DNA of 60,690 nucleotides, the filler included, from Sphacelaria rigidula (taxonomy: Eukaryota), in assembly GCA_964200075.2 (NCBI GenBank). It is 7 parts of 7 records of this genome, joined end to end, with 100 filler letters (N's around TTAATTAATTAA, not from the genome) between each part and the next. Parts side by side here need not be neighbours in the genome. Positions count along the whole stretch, not along the records: positions 8,686 to 17,270 come from CAXNAA020010694.1; positions 17,371 to 25,955 come from CAXNAA020010695.1; 5 more parts are not named here. The stretch is one strand, 5' to 3'. Shown here one piece after another: positions 10,261 to 22,380 of the stretch; positions within the stretch are counted from its first letter, which is position 1, and every line of letters begins with the position of its first letter. The position numbers and the translations under genes are program-made. A model generated the notes under the pieces. It was not told the DNA's origin, made no database searches, and was given only the letters and a program-made list of their open reading frames with translations.

Positions 10261-12331
10261 GCAGCATCACTCTTTCGCAATATTAACGTATCCATAATGA
10301 CCACTCTGAGTAAGCTGTAATATAGAGAGTACTGTTTCAGGTCCAGATACAAGAAGCCAGATTTGCGCACAGGTTCAAAAATAGAAAATACGCCGTGGAC
10401 AACTGAAGCCACTCGTTATGCTGCTTCAACTCCCGAAAGAAATTATTAGCTGGCCGAACTCGTACTGTATCAACGGAATACCCCGCAGTCGTCTTTCCCA
10501 CGAGAGACAGGAAGACAGAGAGGCTGAAGACAGACACAGAGATGGGACATACGAGGGAGAGAAAGGAAACCGTGGATCTAAATCATAGCGGTAGTGATTT
10601 TCCACGGAATTAGTCGAAAATCTTCCTGTATGTACACGCTTCTCCCCCCCAAAACCAACAAACGGGCGCTAACTGCCGTGTCACCAGGGCTCTCCCTCCC
10701 TACCAAGAGTTTGCCTTACATTTGTCATCGCGGATTCGATTAGCACTGCGGGACCGAATCGATATACATATATACATATATACATATATACATATATATA
10801 TATTTGGGGGGGGGGGGGGGGGGGGATTTTATGTTTTAATCTGTTTTTTTTTTTTTCTTATCCGAAAGACAGGGATTGGGGNNNNNNNNNNTTGTTTTTT
10901 ATTTATATTTATTTGTGTTGGGGGGGGGGGGGGGGGGGTATTTCCAGTTTTAATCGGCTTTTTTTCCTGACTACTCCGAAAGACAAGATGCCAGGAAGAG
11001 AAATCCGACGTTAAGATTTTCGGAATAATCTGCAGTCCGTCTTGAATTTATTCATTGCCCTACCTGGTTGAGAGTTCTGTTTTCAAAAATTCCCAGAGAG
11101 GAAGCTTGATTTTTATCGGAAAAGGCGGACACTTTGCAAGAAAAGCAAGGCCCGTTTTCAACGCCCCCTACTCACTTCCCCACGTTAACCCTCGTGTAAC
11201 CGTTGATGGAGAAGTGACGGTTTACAGTTGACGTTTTCTTGGGCAAGATATGGTTGTCTTTCTGCAGCTGTTAATGATGCAGCCTACCAAAACGGTGCAC
11301 CACTTTCATTCCAAGTATACTAATGTGACAGATTCGTGTTGCACCGAACTCCAAGTGACGTTTCCCCCGTGACGAAAGCTCGCACATGAGAGTGTGTAAA
11401 TTGCCACTTTTCAATCAGCGGTTCGAAAAGGGTCAAGGTCGGGAAGTAGACACTGTCTGAGACACAAAGAGGGAAATGCATTCGGCGGGACTGCACGCAA
11501 GAATACGCGTTATTTTTCGATACTTCCATGTGTTCATTCTCCGTTTGTTCATGTTCCTAGTATGTGCGCACATTTTCCCACCAGTGTTGGGTTTTGGATA
11601 CAACGATCTCGGCAGCTATCAGCCATCATGCATCGCCCACATCGTATTTCACACCACCCCTTAGCTCCGTATCACTCTTGTGCTGAAAAGGTCAGGATTG
11701 GCCTATCAAGCAACGTATGTACTGCACAGTGGATGGCATGCTAACTGACGCTAGGAGCCTTCGATGGTATTTTAGGCCGTACAAAATGTGAAAGATCATA
11801 TTCTCTAGGATACGATTATTTCTTCACCCAGGGTATTTACCCGGTTATTACCCGTACCCGACACTTCTGTGAGCTTCCGTAAGCCTCCCATACCCGTACC
11901 CTGGGCACAGGTATACTCTTCCAGGTGCATTAAATGAACTCCGAACACCGACACCCAAGAGAATCAAAACGTGAAAAACAAGCTCCCGAAAAAGAGAGAC
12001 GGGCGGGGGTAGAAAAGACAGAACGGTAAAGGCTAATTTGCTCGACGGCTGCTGTCATCATCACACTAAAGTTCCGAGGTAAACGGTGGGGGTCCCACCA
12101 CAGTGCGGTCGAAGCTCGCTGCGCACAAACGACACGACCCACTTTTGTTTTGCAGTTTTAAAGTGAAGTGATAGCAACCTAAATCCACTAGACCGGACGC
12201 GTGGCGGGCCACCAATCTTTGCGCCGCAGGTACACATCACGTTATTTTTTGTATTTGCATGCACGATATCTCACCCGAGTGGGATCACCCTCCGCCCCCC
12301 CCCCCCCCCCCCCGCCCCCCGGCCCACGCAC

Positions 12332-12467
12332 CCACCACCAACGTTTGGTTGGGGCTGCTTTTGCCCCTACTGCATCTTCGTCCTGAGTGTATTTCGCCGC
12401 ATCCGGTATCTCGTAGTCGTCCTCGTCCTCCTCAGACTTTTCGGGCTGAGGCACCTGGAACGGGTAC
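12332..12467 (-). CDS. Putative isolated internal exon of an unknown gene (acidic peptide)
   Basis: On the minus strand: a GCTAAT branch-like motif, a pyrimidine-rich tract, then CAG|G TAC CCG..., reading YPFQVPQPEKSEEDEDDYEIPDAAKYTQDEDAVGAKAAPTKRWWW, followed by a GTGCGT donor. No family recognised. Confidence 0.4.
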
Positions 12468-14814
12468 CTGCCGGCGACCACAAGAGGGCGGCGAAACGGG
12501 GGGCATTCCGCAGATATAAGAACACGAATCATTAGCGAGCAACAGTCCCCTCCCGATGGAAATCAGTGCGGTAAAGGTATGGGTAGGGTAGGAATCGGGG
12601 CCCCAACGACCAAAAATCGGCAACAGATTTAAAATAAGAAATAACGCGGAGGAATAATGAACACGTCAGTAGGTGGTCGGACCTGTGCCGAGGCCCTCAC
12701 GAACAGAAAACACGCTTCATCACTTATTAAGTTGGTGTAGTATGAGAAAGCTGTAGCACTGGAGATCGCGCGGTTCTCGACACAGAGAGCAAGCCGGCCC
12801 ACGGCACTTGACAACCCCCCCGCATACACACAAGATCTAGGGGACCTAGTTTTGATACTTTGCTGGCGTCACGTCAGCGGCACGGAAATCCCCTCCCAGA
12901 GCGGAAAACACCATATTTTAGTATATTTAGGTCATTTGCGGGTCAGCATCACGCGCAAACGCAAAAACCAAACTAGGCGACATAGCTTGGGTGCGTGGGG
13001 AGCGTACGCAAGAAACCGCAGTCCAATCCCCCGCTTCGTTGCCGAGTTGTAAGCGTTGCGCGATCGGCACTTCTGGGTTGAGGGTCAGTCGCGTCTTTCG
13101 AAATCGAAGATGGCAATTTCAAAAAAATCGGTGCGCATACGACTTTTCCTGCCGCAAGCAAGTTGTGACAACATGCACTTGGGTTGCGTGCCCCCAGGCG
13201 CTGCTTTGTGCTGAGCAGCTGTTCAAGAAGGGCAAATTCGCCTTTCAACGGCGAGTATCATTTGAAGTGTCGACTCACAGAGAGGGAGTTGACAGAAGAA
13301 GGACGAAGCTGGCGGCTGCTTCATGTCAGGGCTACAGTGCAGGAACCAAGGCGTCGAGAGCGATTTTAGTACGAGTATATGCGTTACATCTGCTGGTGAC
13401 CGCGTCTATGTATTTATTAATAGTAACTGTGGGTACATACTATTAATAGTATCAGAATGAGATTCAAACTATGCAGTGTTTGAGGAGCTTCGTTTTGGGC
13501 TGCGTGTTTTTTTCTTGCAACAAGCAGTGTGTCACGGATGGCATTTCACTTTGCGGCATGCGACCAGGTGCTGCTGCTTCTTTCTGTACGGCTGTGCACG
13601 AGGGGCAAATTCGCCTCCCAACAGCGAGTACCCTTCATGTATTGAGTTGCAGAGAGCGAGGGCACACATGAACTTCGGCTGTTGTGTCTGAGAGTTTCAG
13701 CGGAGAAGCCAAGGCGCGAAGAGTGATTTTGATTTCAGACTGCGCACCATGTATGCCTAGGTCGGCAGAGCCACGATGTTTCAAGTGACTGCCTGTACAT
13801 CCTGAAAATAGGTGAAAATTGACGTTGAAGATGTTGATCTGGACAGAGAGAGCCAGACCGTGCCCAAGCGACTGACGAGATGGGATTCCTTCCACTCATG
13901 CCATGACTCTGACCCCATGGGGCCCATGAGAAATTCACTCTCCAATCCCGCAGTCATAGCTGTGTGCAGGACATGCCGCGCGTAGGCAATCCGCGCAGCA
14001 TGCACCTCTTGATCGTCAACATCATCAGAATTGTTCGCAGTAGTTTTCGGGTGCGCGACGCTGCTGCTCATGATCTCCAAATCTCTGTCCCTTCTCGTTC
14101 TAGCACCATGTCAGACACGCGTTTCACCGCAGTTACGTTGGTATGTAGCGGCCACAACAGCTGCTGTTCGTGCTCTTGTTTTGTTATCTTCACAATGACA
14201 GTAAGCGTGGGGTGGCAGCTCGGGGGCGTGTGCCACACGACTGGTACAGACAGAAGCAGGACACTAACTGGTGCGACACGATTGTCCATCTACTGATGTG
14301 GAGCGAGCTTTCCGGAGGAACAAAATCACCTCAACACCGACCACTCCCAGGTTGAATAAATGTACTAGAAATCTACTTCATTCCTTATGAGCCAAACCGT
14401 CATTTGTAGGTGATGCATGTATTTTCCATTGATATGATTCGTTGGGTTATGGACCATTTCTGACGCATGTAGCGTTCAGCTTGCACTTTCCATAAATATA
14501 GTACCCGAAATCGGCTCCCATTCCTACCCATAACAGTAGAGAACACCGCAGTGCGGTGCAGTACAGCACAGAGCAGTATGCCGTTTACTGTGCAGCGACA
14601 CAGCACCCTCCACGCGAAAATCAAACAGAACAACCCGATTCCACTTACAGGGGATCGTTGCCTTGCTGCTCCACCCACTTCCTGTGATCCAGCTCTATTT
14701 CCTCTACGCTCTTGGCGCACTCTTTAGCGTGCTCCTCCGCGAGCCACTGTAATGCGCAAAAAGAAACAAAGCAGGACAGACAAAAGTATAATAAACGCTG
14801 ATTTTGTTATATTA

Positions 14815-15090
14815 GCAGAGCGCTGAGTTAGAGTGTGTTTGATTATTCGCTCCAACTTGATCCATCTCTCATCCTGTGTGTGCTCTTCTTTGCTGCAACA
14901 CTGGCGTGTGCTTACAGCTACACATCGATATTCTAACTCAGGAACATCAAGGGCTTCAGTGGCAAGAAACCTGCAGAAAGCATATCGGGCCTCATGGAGA
15001 GGTATTTCGGAACTGAGATGATTAATTCACTAATTGACCGCTTTTCACTCTCAATCGTATCATGTACTCTCAATCTCACGAAAACGCTGT
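14815..15090 (+). repeat. Dispersed repeat family B (inverted copy at 33958-34233)
   Basis: Shared blocks TGGCGTGTGCTTACA, ATCAAGGGC(T/C)TCAGTGGCAAG, ATTTCGGAACTGA and TTTTCACTCTCAATCGTATC. Confidence 0.8.
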
Positions 15091-15294
15091 TAGTAGCGAG
15101 AGGGTTAACTCATCTGTATGTGCCGTCCATCCATCCACCTTGGATTGTTCCAACATTGAAAGCACGCGCGTAAGAACAGGTAAACTAGATACGCACGTAC
15201 ACGTACACACGGCTGTCCATCGTGAAGCGAACAAACTAACTAAACAATGATTGGGCATATCCACCTGCTTGTGTTGATCCCAGCGGTGTTTATA

Positions 15295-15466
15295 CCACTC
15301 GTTCCATGAGAACTTTTCCGGAATTTCATGACTTGATGTTAGCGTGAACACCGATATTCTAATCTTGAGTGGGGCCAACAGTAGCGTGCGCCGAGTGCGT
15401 CTTCGCCAAAATCGGGGGCTGAGAGGTCTGCCAACACCACAATTTGCCGAGAGAACACTTTGCACT

Positions 15467-15499
<33 letters not shown>

Positions 15500-15604
15500 G
15501 AGAGTTTTCGGTATGCATTGGGCTGGGTTTAGTGTTAGGGATAGCACTGTGTCCAAATAATATATTCTCAGAGAATTGCCTCAAGTAGTCAACCGACCAA
15601 GTGG
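15295..15604. mobile_element. TA-flanked MITE-like element (CCACT...AGTGG ends); related copies at ~16937-17190 and, reversed, ~53470-53560
   Basis: TA|CCACTCG...CCAAGTGG|TA. Internal blocks GAACACCGATATT, GAGGTCTGCCAAC and TCGGTATGC(A/G)TTGGG, followed by GGGTT-type repeats, are shared with 16937-17190. Confidence 0.6.
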
Positions 15605-15803
15605 TAGAACAAACCCCATTGATCCTTATCCGCGAGCTATCTGGACGGTTGCAGCATCAACTCCGCTCTCCTCTCTCCCCCGAGAAAATACACACACGAC
15701 GTTTTTTACGTTTCAACCATCTTCGCATGTACGTAAAAAAGTGTCATCCCCGAACTTGCCACGAAGAATAAAACGACCTCGAAAATATATAGGCACCACT
15801 TAA

Positions 15804-15939
15804 CACCCTGGACAATGGAATACACGAGTCAAAAAGTGTACTGCGTACAGTGTCGACTATTGCGCCTATTGAAATAGACAATGGATTCCATACTGTACGC
15901 AGTACATTCTTTTTACAAAGGAATATTTTGTCCACGGTG
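15804..15939. mobile_element. Small palindromic MITE of the CACCCTGGACAA-ended family
   Basis: CACCCTGGACAA ... TTGTCCACGGTG, with an inner inverted pair GTACTGCGTACAGT / ACTGTACGCAGTAC. The same terminus appears at ~28200-28212, ~38709 and 47447/48041. Confidence 0.65.
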
Positions 15940-16055
15940 TGCACCACCACTTGACAAGTTTACGGGTCAGCTTCCGGAATGAACACACAGGGTGACTTCG
16001 ACTATAAAAATTCGTCAGGAAAAAGCGCGGTGGGGGGGAGGGGAGAGGGGGGAGG

Positions 16056-16323
16056 GACTAATGATTTTGCATGTCGTAGTCATGAGACCATTGACCTCGC
16101 ATCCTTACAAAGCGGGGGTGGAGCACGCCGGATTTTCGCCGAACAAGCTTCGCAATCAACGTCAAGCGCGAAGCGCCGTGATGTGCTCGGCGAGTCATAT
16201 GAAGGGAGAGCTGCATTCTGCTCAATTTGTTCGACCCGAAGCATACTAATTAACTTGCATGTAGGTGACAGCCTAGACTGAGCTGTGTTTTCCCCTGATA
16301 TCGAACCATCAGAGACAGCCACG
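16056..16323 (+). repeat. Family A partial copy, flanked on both sides by G-rich tracts
   Basis: GACCATTGACCTCGCATCC...GGAGCACGCCGG...AAGCGCGAAGCGCCGTGATGTG...AGAGACAGCCACG. G-runs at 16033-16056 and 16323-16341. Confidence 0.85.
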
Positions 16324-17270
16324 GGGCGGGAGGGGGAGGGGCGTAGGTCGGAAGTGAAGTACGTGTCCCAGCATACTGCGGTGGGCCGATAACCGCGTAT
16401 GACCGCATTACACCGGTACCCCGGCGCTGTGCTGGAGAAGTGAAATTACTTCATCACAGTTAGACCCACTCGGACTATGTGACGGGCCATGTTGACCGCC
16501 CCTTAGCGGGACCATGTATTTTCAAAGGATCGCAATAGGTGCGGTGAGACAGACCACACAGTTGAGGCAGAAAAAAAAAACTGTGAACCTGCTGATATTT
16601 TTACTTGTTTCTTGTCCGTGTTCTTTAGTATGGATCCTACTTTACATCTTGTTTGATCCTCTTATACCTTATATTCGGCTAGTTCGTTAGCCTGTGGACA
16701 CCGAAGGTTTGCGCATTAGATGCCCAGTACGAAAGTGACAACGTACTGCGCAGATGTCGGAACGAGTATCGAAGATCGGCATTGAATTGCGAAAAAACAC
16801 TCGATTAAAATCGGAGATTTAGTGATATGAAGATCGTGGGCTGAAAAGCCAACATTCTCTGATCCGAATAAATATATAAAAATCGAATGTCGAGATTCGA
16901 TTCTCGAGCCAGTGTCTCATTTCCAGTTGTGTTGACCACTTGGTGGATTAGAACCTTCCCGGAAACATATTACTTGATTTGAGTTGAACACCGATATTAG
17001 GATCTTTAGCGAGGCTGAGAACCCCAACTGCCCCTCTCGTGCGCAGAACGTGCTTTCGTCGAAATCGGCACCTGCGGCGCCGTTTTGAGGTCTGCCAACG
17101 CCACACTTTGCCTAGAACGCTTCACACACACATCCCACCCGTGGGTTCTCGGTATGCGTTGGGTTGGGGTTGGGGTTGGGGTTAAGGTTGGCGTTAATTA
17201 TATATATATTATTATTATATTATTATTATATCCATCACATTAGCTCGATCTCTCGAACCCGTGGTCACAG

Positions 17271-17370
17271 NNNNNNNNNNNNNNNNNNNNNNNNNNNNNN
17301 NNNNNNNNNNNNNNTTAATTAATTAANNNNNNNNNNNNNNNNNNNNNNNNNNNNNNNNNNNNNNNNNNNN
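17271..17370. other. Artificial contig-joining spacer
   Basis: 44 N + TTAATTAATTAA + 44 N. Confidence 0.98.
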
Positions 17371-17444
17371 GAAGATTTTAATCCTCCGGGTTCTCATCCT
17401 CAATGAAAAGCACCATCCTCAACATAGATGATCGGCTGTTTTTA

Positions 17445-17575
17445 TGCGACTCGCCACGGTGCTTCACGCTTGATGATTGAGAGCGAGCCTGGCTTGGCGG
17501 AAACCCGGCGTGCGCCATTCCGGCTTTGAAGGAATGCGTGGGCAATGATCCTATGACTATGGCATGATGATTATG
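17445..17575 (-). repeat. Family A partial copy (reverse orientation)
   Basis: ATGCGACTCGCC...GCTTCACGCTTGATGATTGA...GAGCCTGG...CCCGGCGTGC...GACTATGGCATG is the reverse complement of the start of family A. A C-run follows at ~17599-17610. Confidence 0.7.
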
Positions 17576-17989
17576 GCTACAATTCCCGTACCAGAGATCC
17601 CTCCCCCCTCACCTCTAGACCCTTGGGTTTGCGTCGAGTGGTGAAGGCGCTGTAAAGCGAGCAACCAGAACCTAGACATGAAATGTACAGACTATCACCT
17701 TACGAATACATATACCGGAGACTGCCACTAGACTAAAGAAAGTTCCGGATCGACCGACACACTAGACATGCAATAACCTGAATAACCAATTTTGTTTCAC
17801 CCCAGAAAAACGCAAGATGAATACAGACATGATACGACAAAGTTGACCATTTTTCTCCCGATTTTACTCATTCCTGTCCTTTTCCTCTGTTTCTGTTTCT
17901 CCCTTTCTTCATCATTTTCTTCCTTTTCCCTGTGCCTCTTCCCCTACATTTTTTTGCCTTCTTCTGTTCTTATTTATATTCTCCGCTAC

Positions 17990-18995
17990 AACACCGCAGC
18001 CCAGATGTAGACATGAAATAATGAAGCTAACCATCATATTTCTCTAAGCGACCATAACCCAGGCAGGACATGGGCATAAGCTCAAGAAGCCTACCATACG
18101 TTTTCTCCAACCTACCATAACACAGCTCGGACGTGGGCATAAAATATAGAAGCTGGCCATCCCTTTTCTTTAGCCTACCATAGCACAGCCCAAACACATG
18201 CATGAAATAGAGTAGCTAAGTATAGTCGACTGACTTTGTTTGACGTGAGTTTACGCGGTGCGGGAGCGCGCTGACCCAATCCGCGAGACCAAAATGGAAG
18301 GCGTGTACCGGGAGAGAGATGGGATAATCCGTTGAAACCACGGGTTAGTCCCGACGAAGGGGAGCGGTTCAAACTGCGACCGAACAAAATACCATTCTTC
18401 CTGAACCCACCACTATACAGCCTGTACATGAGACATGAAGTGACAAAGCTAACAGTCCTTTTTCTTCAACTTACCATAATACAGCCCAGACATGGACATA
18501 AAATAAAGAAGCTCGCCATCATTTTCCTTAACCGACGGTAGCACAGCCCCGACATGGATATGGGATAATGACGCTAATGAAGGCTTTTCTTCAATCGATC
18601 GTAACACAGCCCCGACATGAACATGGAACAAAGACGCTAACCATCATGTTTTGTTCACCTGCCGCAACACAGCCCGGACATGAACATGAAAATAAAGAAA
18701 CTAAGCATTCTTTCTCTTCGACCTACCATATCACAGCCCTGACATGTACATGAAATAAAGACGCCAACCATATGCTTCTTTATCCTACCATAGCACGCCC
18801 GGACCTAGGCATGAAATAGAGAAGCCAGTTATCCTTTTTCTTCAACCTGCCATTACACAGCCCGGACGTAGACGTGAAATGAAGAAACTCATCATCTTTT
18901 TTTTCCAACTCAGCATAACACAGCCCGGACATGAACATGGAATGAAGAAGCTTAGCATTTTTATTTTAAACGAGAATAACACAGCCCGGAGATAC
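17990..18995. repeat. Degenerate ~65-bp tandem minisatellite (roughly a dozen units), interrupted once
   Basis: Unit consensus approximately ACAGCCCGGACATGAACATGAAATAAAGAAGCTAACCATCNTTTTTCTTCAACCTACCATAAC, repeated head-to-tail, with a foreign insert at ~18220-18392. Confidence 0.9.
18220..18392 (+). mobile_element. 5'-truncated copy of the tRNA-derived SINE body, inserted in the minisatellite
   Basis: CGTGAGTT..GCGGTGCGGGAG..GCTGAC..AAT..GCGAGACCAAAAT..AAGGCGTGTACCGGG..ACCACGG..GTCCCGA..AAGGGG matches the reverse complement of 47545-47665. Confidence 0.75.
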
Positions 18996-20499
18996 ACGCG
19001 AAATAGCAAAAAATAAAAGTCAGTATTGTCCATATTAAAGCGGGAAACAACCGAAATCCTTCCCTCATATTATAGCAAAGGTAAGAAACGAAACCCAACC
19101 AAATTCTAGACATGTGAGCGATAGCGTGAAGGTGTTCATCCTTACATGTAAATAGAAAATACACAATATATTACAAGTACGGACAGGGTAGGATCATCAC
19201 CCCCATGTTGAGACACTTTCTACCATAGCCCCCCCCAAAACCAGCCCAAAAGTGTCCCAAACAAAATGGCCATACAGCGCCTGATGCTTGGGTTCAGGCC
19301 GCATGAAGCGCCTCATATGGGCAATATTGGCTGCAACGCACCCAAGCGTGAGAATTCCCAGCTGTTCGTTGTGCTCGGCGTTTCCATTTCGATTTATGTG
19401 AAGAATTTGCCATCCAAAACCATGCACGTTTTCAGGGGGGGCTATCGTAGAAAGTATCTTGACTTCACATGGGGGTTGGGGTCTCGTGGTGAGATACCCG
19501 CGAATCCTTGACGATTTCCGTTGGGCGGTGGAAATCATATTGAGCAATGAATGAAATTTCCGACATTAGGTGCTGAAGACGCCTGATGAAGAGAAGGAGT
19601 GGATCATGCATGACATAAACGTCAAGACCTACTGCTCTCATGAAAATAGTAGCTCACCAATGACGGACCACATGACCTACGAGAAGGAGCACCAAGTGGT
19701 AGGTGAATTTCTTGAGATCTTGAAGGATAAAGGCTGGTACAAAAATGTGGGGAAATCGTTGACCAAGCTTTCGGCAGCGAAGGTGTACTCGGAAGCACAA
19801 GTGGAGTAGCAACCCATGGTGAACCGTGCACAGAGCAGGAAGAAGTGAAGCACGAGACATCCTGATGTGAGTAAGACCTTGTGTTATGCGAGCCCTCCTT
19901 TAACCGTAGACGGTGGGAATGACCTCCATGGAGGAAAGTCACCAGTACAGCAGCGCGGCAAGAAGAAAGAATATACGACCGTGGGACACATGAATGATTC
20001 ACTATGGAGATCGCCTGGCACAAATGTGGGGTGGTTGTGTCATAGGTGCTGAACTTGGCTTCAGGCTACGAGCCCATATTGGAGGCATTGCTTAATGTCG
20101 GTGAGCCAGCAAAAAATCTGAAAGGCACCAGATCCCCCAACAAGTACGAGGATTTGGATATACCAGTGCGCCGACTACATCCCCCCACAATTCCAAAAAT
20201 GAACAAGCTGGGGATTTTCTCGAAAGAGATCAAGAGAGAGACTGTGAGGAAGGGTGGATGAACAAGTCGAGGGTGGACGCGTGAAGTACTAGTAGTGCTG
20301 GTATTCGGAGTTCGTAGCGACATGCCGAGAATCAACTTTAGAAGGAAATGCAATGGATTCGGACTATACTGTTTGGTAAGAGGAAACGTTGAAAGGGAGG
20401 AAGTGCATTGCCGAGTCAAGCTGAAATATAATGCGAGTGAGGAGTGGGGATGAATAGAGACAAGTAAGGTGTCGGCATGAGTTGAAAGGGTAGGATGGG

Positions 20500-22380
20500 G
20501 AGTATGCATAGCTAGCAAACCCAAAACGTAGACCACCGGTGAACAGAGAGAAAGAGAAGCAGGAGCAAGTACGTGTCTGGAAGGGGAAGGGGAGGGGGCA
20601 TAGTGGCCCGAGGGAAAAAGACAAAGACCAAACTGAAACAGAAAGAAAAATGAAGCAAGGGGAAAAAAAAAACCGACTCAGAGAAAGCAGTAGATAAAAG
20701 TAGAGTGGGTAATGATTCGGAAAGGAAGTCGAGAATACGATCGTGGAACGTGTGTGGTTTGGCCACAGGAAGCCGCAAGTGAATAGAGATAGCCCAACAT
20801 GTAAGTAACCGCGACCTAGATAGAGTGGGAATCTAAGATTCAAAAGTGGGAATCTAAAATGAAGAGAGGAAGAGGGGACGGGAAAAGGATACAAAGTTGA
20901 AGAGTACGCATGGATAGAGAGAAAAGCGGAAGGGACAGAACCCGAAGAGCAGGGGAACGGGAGGAGTAGGATTCTTTTTCAAGGAATGCCTGTGTGACAC
21001 TATCGATATGATCGAAGATACGAAATTCGACGAGAATGTATATTGGTACCTGAAGAGTGGGGAGCGAAGGACTTTTTCGTAGGGAATATCTACATGCCCC
21101 CAGAATCGACGAATAGGATGAGCGATGCACAGCGGAGATTTGGAGATATAGTAGCAGATGTATGTCAGTGTAAAAGGCAAGGAGACGTGACATTAGCGGG
21201 AGATACTTCTGCAAGGTTGGAAAAGCAGGTCAACCGCATGATACCATTGGGCAATGCTGGGAAGATTAAAAGAACAAGAAATGAGTAAAAGTGCTGAAGT
21301 TCCTCGAGAATAACCAGATAAAGACGCTGAACGATGGAGCACAAAAGCCAGAGGCGCAATGGACATGGACCAGAAAATGCAAACACGATATATAAGGCTC
21401 TGTTCTTAACTATATAGTGGTAGAGCTTGACAGTAGTAAGAAAATGGAAGTGCGTGTATGCGCCAACGACGTGGGAACTGCAGGTAATTGCCTAATATAA
21501 ACAGAAAGCCAACGGACAAGAGCTAAAGGGAAAAGGCGGAGTAGGAAGGTGTACAAATGGATACTCGGTGTACTAGAAATTAAAAAAAAACAACAAGAGT
21601 TTAAGGAAGAACTGTCCAAAAATGCAGTGAAAATTTCCGAGCTGTCGGAATGCGTATGTACGCTTGATACCGAGATGGAAAGAGACTAGGCAGGAGCGAA
21701 GATTATAGATGGATGGGGGGGCTACTGAGTCAAGAGCACAGCGAGCAGGGCCATAGGGAAGAAAGTGATCGTATGCCGTAGAGCAGTTAAATCGTGAAAC
21801 GAGTAAGTAAAAGAGGCCATAAAGTAAGGAGAGAGGCGCACGCAAGATGCGTATCAAGTACGAGACGATAGGATTGGAAGAATATACTGAAGCTCGAAAG
21901 TAAGAGAAACATATGATAGAGAAGAAGAAGAAGAGAGTAAAGGAAGATGAAGTGAACGAAACAAATGAAGATGGCGATGGCGGGATGAAACAGATGTGGG
22001 TAGAGATAAAAGGTACAATGAAAACCCAGGCAGGGAAGATAGACGACGGGATAGCAACACTACGGGCACATAAACGTGAAGTGGTCAGTACTTCAAAGGG
22101 GAAGGCATAATTGCTGGTAGAGCGCTGCCGTAAACTAGGAACAACACAACCTTGCACGAGATTAAAGATGAAATTCGAAAAAGAAATCAACGCGTGAGCA
22201 GAGGCAAATGCAGAGGCGTCAAAACCGGAGGATAGTGGCTCCGACGAATTTAGGAGATAGTCTACCAGAGATGAAGTGAAGGAGTGTGTAGCTGAAATCC
22301 AGGACAGAAAGGCAGCAGGGGCAGATACAAGAGTAAACGTATTTCTGGAGTACGGGGGAGAGGTAATGAATACCATGATA
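20500..22380 (+). mobile_element. Decayed non-LTR retrotransposon (LINE) ORF2: AP-endonuclease and pre-RT region, with many stops and frameshifts
   Basis: APE motifs RGTGGVGFFFKE (~20950-20986), FVGNIYMPPES (~21076-21108) and VTLAGDTSAR (decayed 'GDFNAR'). Pre-RT motif RDEVKECVAEIQDRKAAGADT...LEYGG (~22267-22360). Strongly purine-rich plus strand. Confidence 0.85.

Noticed and set aside
10800..10990. Short duplication around a 10-N gap with poly-G runs (similar at 44940-45115)
   Set aside because: The sequence left of the gap is a noisy copy of that on the right, typical of read-quality collapse after G homopolymers; assembly artefact.
17990..18995. CRISPR-like repeat-spacer array
   Set aside because: Whole ~65-bp units are homologous with no unique spacers, there are no cas genes and the context is eukaryotic; it is a minisatellite.
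21573..22376. 267-aa minus-strand ORF and neighbouring Phe/Ser/Leu-rich ORFs at 20066-21214
   Set aside because: Antisense shadows of the purine-rich decayed LINE on the plus strand.
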